Source of the DNA: an uncultured Chloroflexia bacterium
GTDB taxonomy: Bacteria > Chloroflexota > Limnocylindria > QHBO01
Assembly (NCBI GenBank): GCA_963770875.1
Contig: CAVYRE010000006.1
Span: forward strand, 329,619-393,618
Reading direction: 5' to 3'
Length of the DNA stretch: 64,000 bases
Each line of letters opens with the position of its first letter. Position 1 is the first letter of the stretch. Under the pieces are notes generated by a model. It was not told the DNA's origin. It made no database searches and was given only the letters and a program-made list of their open reading frames with translations. The position numbers and the translations under genes are program-made. Below are positions 62,223 through 64,000 of this stretch, piece after piece.

Positions 62223-63883
62223 GCTCCGTCCGCGACGCGCTGCGCGCCGCCGTCGAGAGCGCCCGCGACCGTGCCGTGGCGGCGGGCGACCTGCGCCGGC
62301 CCGATGGCACCGCGTGGCCACAGATCAGCCTCGAGCAGCCGGCACGCCCCGAGCACGGCGACTACGCCACCAACGCAGCGATGCAGCTCGCCCCGGTGGT
62401 CCGCGACGCCCCGATGCGCATCGCGGAGACGCTGAAGCGGCACCTCGCCCTGCCCGACGGCGTGGCGGAGGTCAGCGTTGCGCCGCCCGGCTTCCTGAAC
62501 CTGCGCCTCGACCCGGGCTGGGTGGCGGGCCAGGTCGGGGCGATCCTCGCGGCTGGGTCCGACTTCGGCCGGGTCCGCGTCGACTCGCCACAGAAGATCA
62601 ACGTCGAGTTCGTGTCGGCCAACCCGACCGGGCCGCTGACCGTTGGCAACGCCCGCGGCGCATTCGTGGGCGACCTGCTCTGCCGGGTCCTCGAGGGCGT
62701 CGGGCACACGGTGACGCGCGAGTACTACTTCAACGACTTCGGGTCGCAGGTCACCAACCTGGGCCGCTCGCTGCTGGCGCGGCGGAACCAAGAGCCGGTC
62801 CCGGAGGACGGCTACCACGGCGACTACGTCACCGAGCTCTCGGCTCGCATCCCGGCGGAGACCTGGGCGTCGGCCGTGGCCGACGGGGCGGACGCGGGAG
62901 CCGTCCTTGGGCGCTGGGCATCGGAGGAGATCCGGGCTGGGATCGAGCGGAGCCTCGCGGGGCTCGGCGTCCGCTTCGACGTCTGGACCGGCGAGGGGTC
63001 GCTCCACGACGACGGCTGGGTGGGCCGCGCCGTCGAGCAGCTGCGCGCCGGCGGCAATGTCTTCGAGGACGAGGGCGCCACCTGGTTCCGGAGCACGGCC
63101 TACGGGGACGACAAGGATCGGGTCATCTTCCGCTCCAACGGCCAGCCGACCTACTTCGCCTCGGACATCGGCTACCTGGCGCAGAAGTTCAGTCGTGGCT
63201 TCGACGAGCTCGTCTACCTGTGGGGCCAGGACCACCACGGCACGGTGGCGCGCCTGAAGAACGCGGCGCAGGCGATGGGCTACGACCGCGAGGCGGTGCA
63301 GGTGATCCTCATCGCCTGGGTCCGCTTCATCCGCGGCGGCGCGGTCGACTCGATGAGCAAGCGCTCCGGCGAGTTCCTGAGCCTCGACGAGCTGCTGGCG
63401 GAGATCGGAGCCGATGCCGCACGCTGGTACTTCGGCTCGCGCGCGACGAGCTCCGGGATCGACTTCGACATCGAGCTGGCCAAGAAGCAGAGCGCCGAGA
63501 ACCCGGTCTACTACGTCCAGTACGCCCACGCGCGGTGCTCGTCCATCCTGCGCAAGGCGGCGGAGGCAGGCCACGGGCCCGATCCGAGCGGCGCCCCCAA
63601 GCTCCTCTCCCACCCCGCCGAGCAGACGCTCATCCGCCGGCTGCTGGCCCTGCCCGACGTGGTGGCAGATGCCGCCGAGCGCCGCGAGACGCACGAGCTG
63701 ACCCACTACCTGCTGGAGACGGCGCAGCTCTTCAGCGCTTTCTACCGCGACTGCCGCGTCCTGCCCGATGACGAGGTCCCGGTGCCGCTCTCCCACGCCC
63801 GTCTCGCGCTGACCGATGCCACCCGCCAGGTGCTGGCCAACGCGCTCGGCCTGCTCGGGATCTCCGCCCCGGAGACGATGTAG
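62219..63883 (+). CDS. argS: Arginine-tRNA ligase
   Basis: 554 aa. Class I HIGH-like SANPTGPLTVGNARGA. KMSKS-like MSKRSG. Confidence 0.9.
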   Translation: MSSVRDALRAAVESARDRAVAAGDLRRPDGTAWPQISLEQPARPEHGDYATNAAMQLAPVVRDAPMRIAETLKRHLALPDGVAEVSVAPPGFLNLRLDPGWVAGQVGAILAAGSDFGRVRVDSPQKINVEFVSANPTGPLTVGNARGAFVGDLLCRVLEGVGHTVTREYYFNDFGSQVTNLGRSLLARRNQEPVPEDGYHGDYVTELSARIPAETWASAVADGADAGAVLGRWASEEIRAGIERSLAGLGVRFDVWTGEGSLHDDGWVGRAVEQLRAGGNVFEDEGATWFRSTAYGDDKDRVIFRSNGQPTYFASDIGYLAQKFSRGFDELVYLWGQDHHGTVARLKNAAQAMGYDREAVQVILIAWVRFIRGGAVDSMSKRSGEFLSLDELLAEIGADAARWYFGSRATSSGIDFDIELAKKQSAENPVYYVQYAHARCSSILRKAAEAGHGPDPSGAPKLLSHPAEQTLIRRLLALPDVVADAAERRETHELTHYLLETAQLFSAFYRDCRVLPDDEVPVPLSHARLALTDATRQVLANALGLLGISAPETM

Positions 63884-63886
63884 CGG

Positions 63887-64000
63887 TCAGCTCGCGGCGA
63901 GGGCGGCGATCTCGCGCCAGGACTTCGGTGCCGGAAGCCTGGAGCACCACCGTCCCACCATCCGCGGCGTGGACCAGGCGCGTCGGGAAGGCGAGGGTCG
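63887..64000 (-). CDS. 3' end of an unidentified minus-strand gene running off the right edge
   Basis: High-GC3 open frames on the minus strand, with a stop (TGA) at 63889..63887 in one of them. Too short to identify. Confidence 0.2.
   Translation of the reverse strand, partial: RPSPSRRAWSTPRMVGRWCSRLPAPKSWREIAALAAS

Overview
Contents. This ~70% GC, 64-kb window is mostly core chromosome of a high-GC Gram-positive-type (actinobacterial-like) genome. The lineage guess is an inference from gene content: an F420-type LLM oxidoreductase, a GlgE-pathway gene, a UPF0182 protein, a guaB3-like IMPDH paralog, and a Cheo-type LexA box. Left to right: a secreted GH18 hydrolase (runs off the left edge), a secreted caspase-like peptidase fused to a triple ~120-aa tandem-repeat region, mreC-mreB, the glgB/malQ/glgE alpha-glucan locus, a lipoprotein PQQ-type sugar dehydrogenase, radC, and a CPBP intramembrane protease paired with a zinc-ribbon membrane protein. 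This is followed by an interleaved de novo purine cluster: purN-purM-purF, a GGDEF/HD-GYP protein, purL-purQ-purS-purC, an mgtC-like gene, purB-purE, purD, UPF0182, guaA, an IMPDH-like gene and purA. The window continues with dnaB-rplI, a lexA-dinB SOS module with an extra LexA-guarded small ORF, and a one-carbon trio (formyltransferase-like, FTCD_C cyclodeaminase, folD). The right half holds an NMT1/THI5-type ABC transporter with a long structured leader, dedA, a PAP2 phosphatase, hutH-GNAT-hutU, a redoxin-like gene, a regulator plus a small Cys-His protein, an FMN-dependent hydroxy-acid dehydrogenase, an SIS protein, the formimidoyltransferase domain (FtcD_N) and argS. I found no rRNA, tRNA, CRISPR array or obvious mobile element; these were judged by eye only. 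Assembly quality. The sequence carries many single-base frameshifts that split otherwise conserved genes: at least 15, of which at least 9 fall between 53.4 and 57.4 kb. The ORF track therefore fragments several real genes. I reconstructed those genes by translating all frames and joining the pieces at the frame changes. Main points of interest. A duplicated LexA-operator promoter guards a small unknown ORF, which is a candidate lineage-specific SOS effector. A clan-CD-like peptidase is fused to a triple tandem-repeat region. A roughly 370-nt structured leader precedes the ABC transporter. A regulator is translationally coupled to a small Cys-His protein. Histidine catabolism appears to run through a split FtcD route. 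Frameshifts are concentrated in one hot region.
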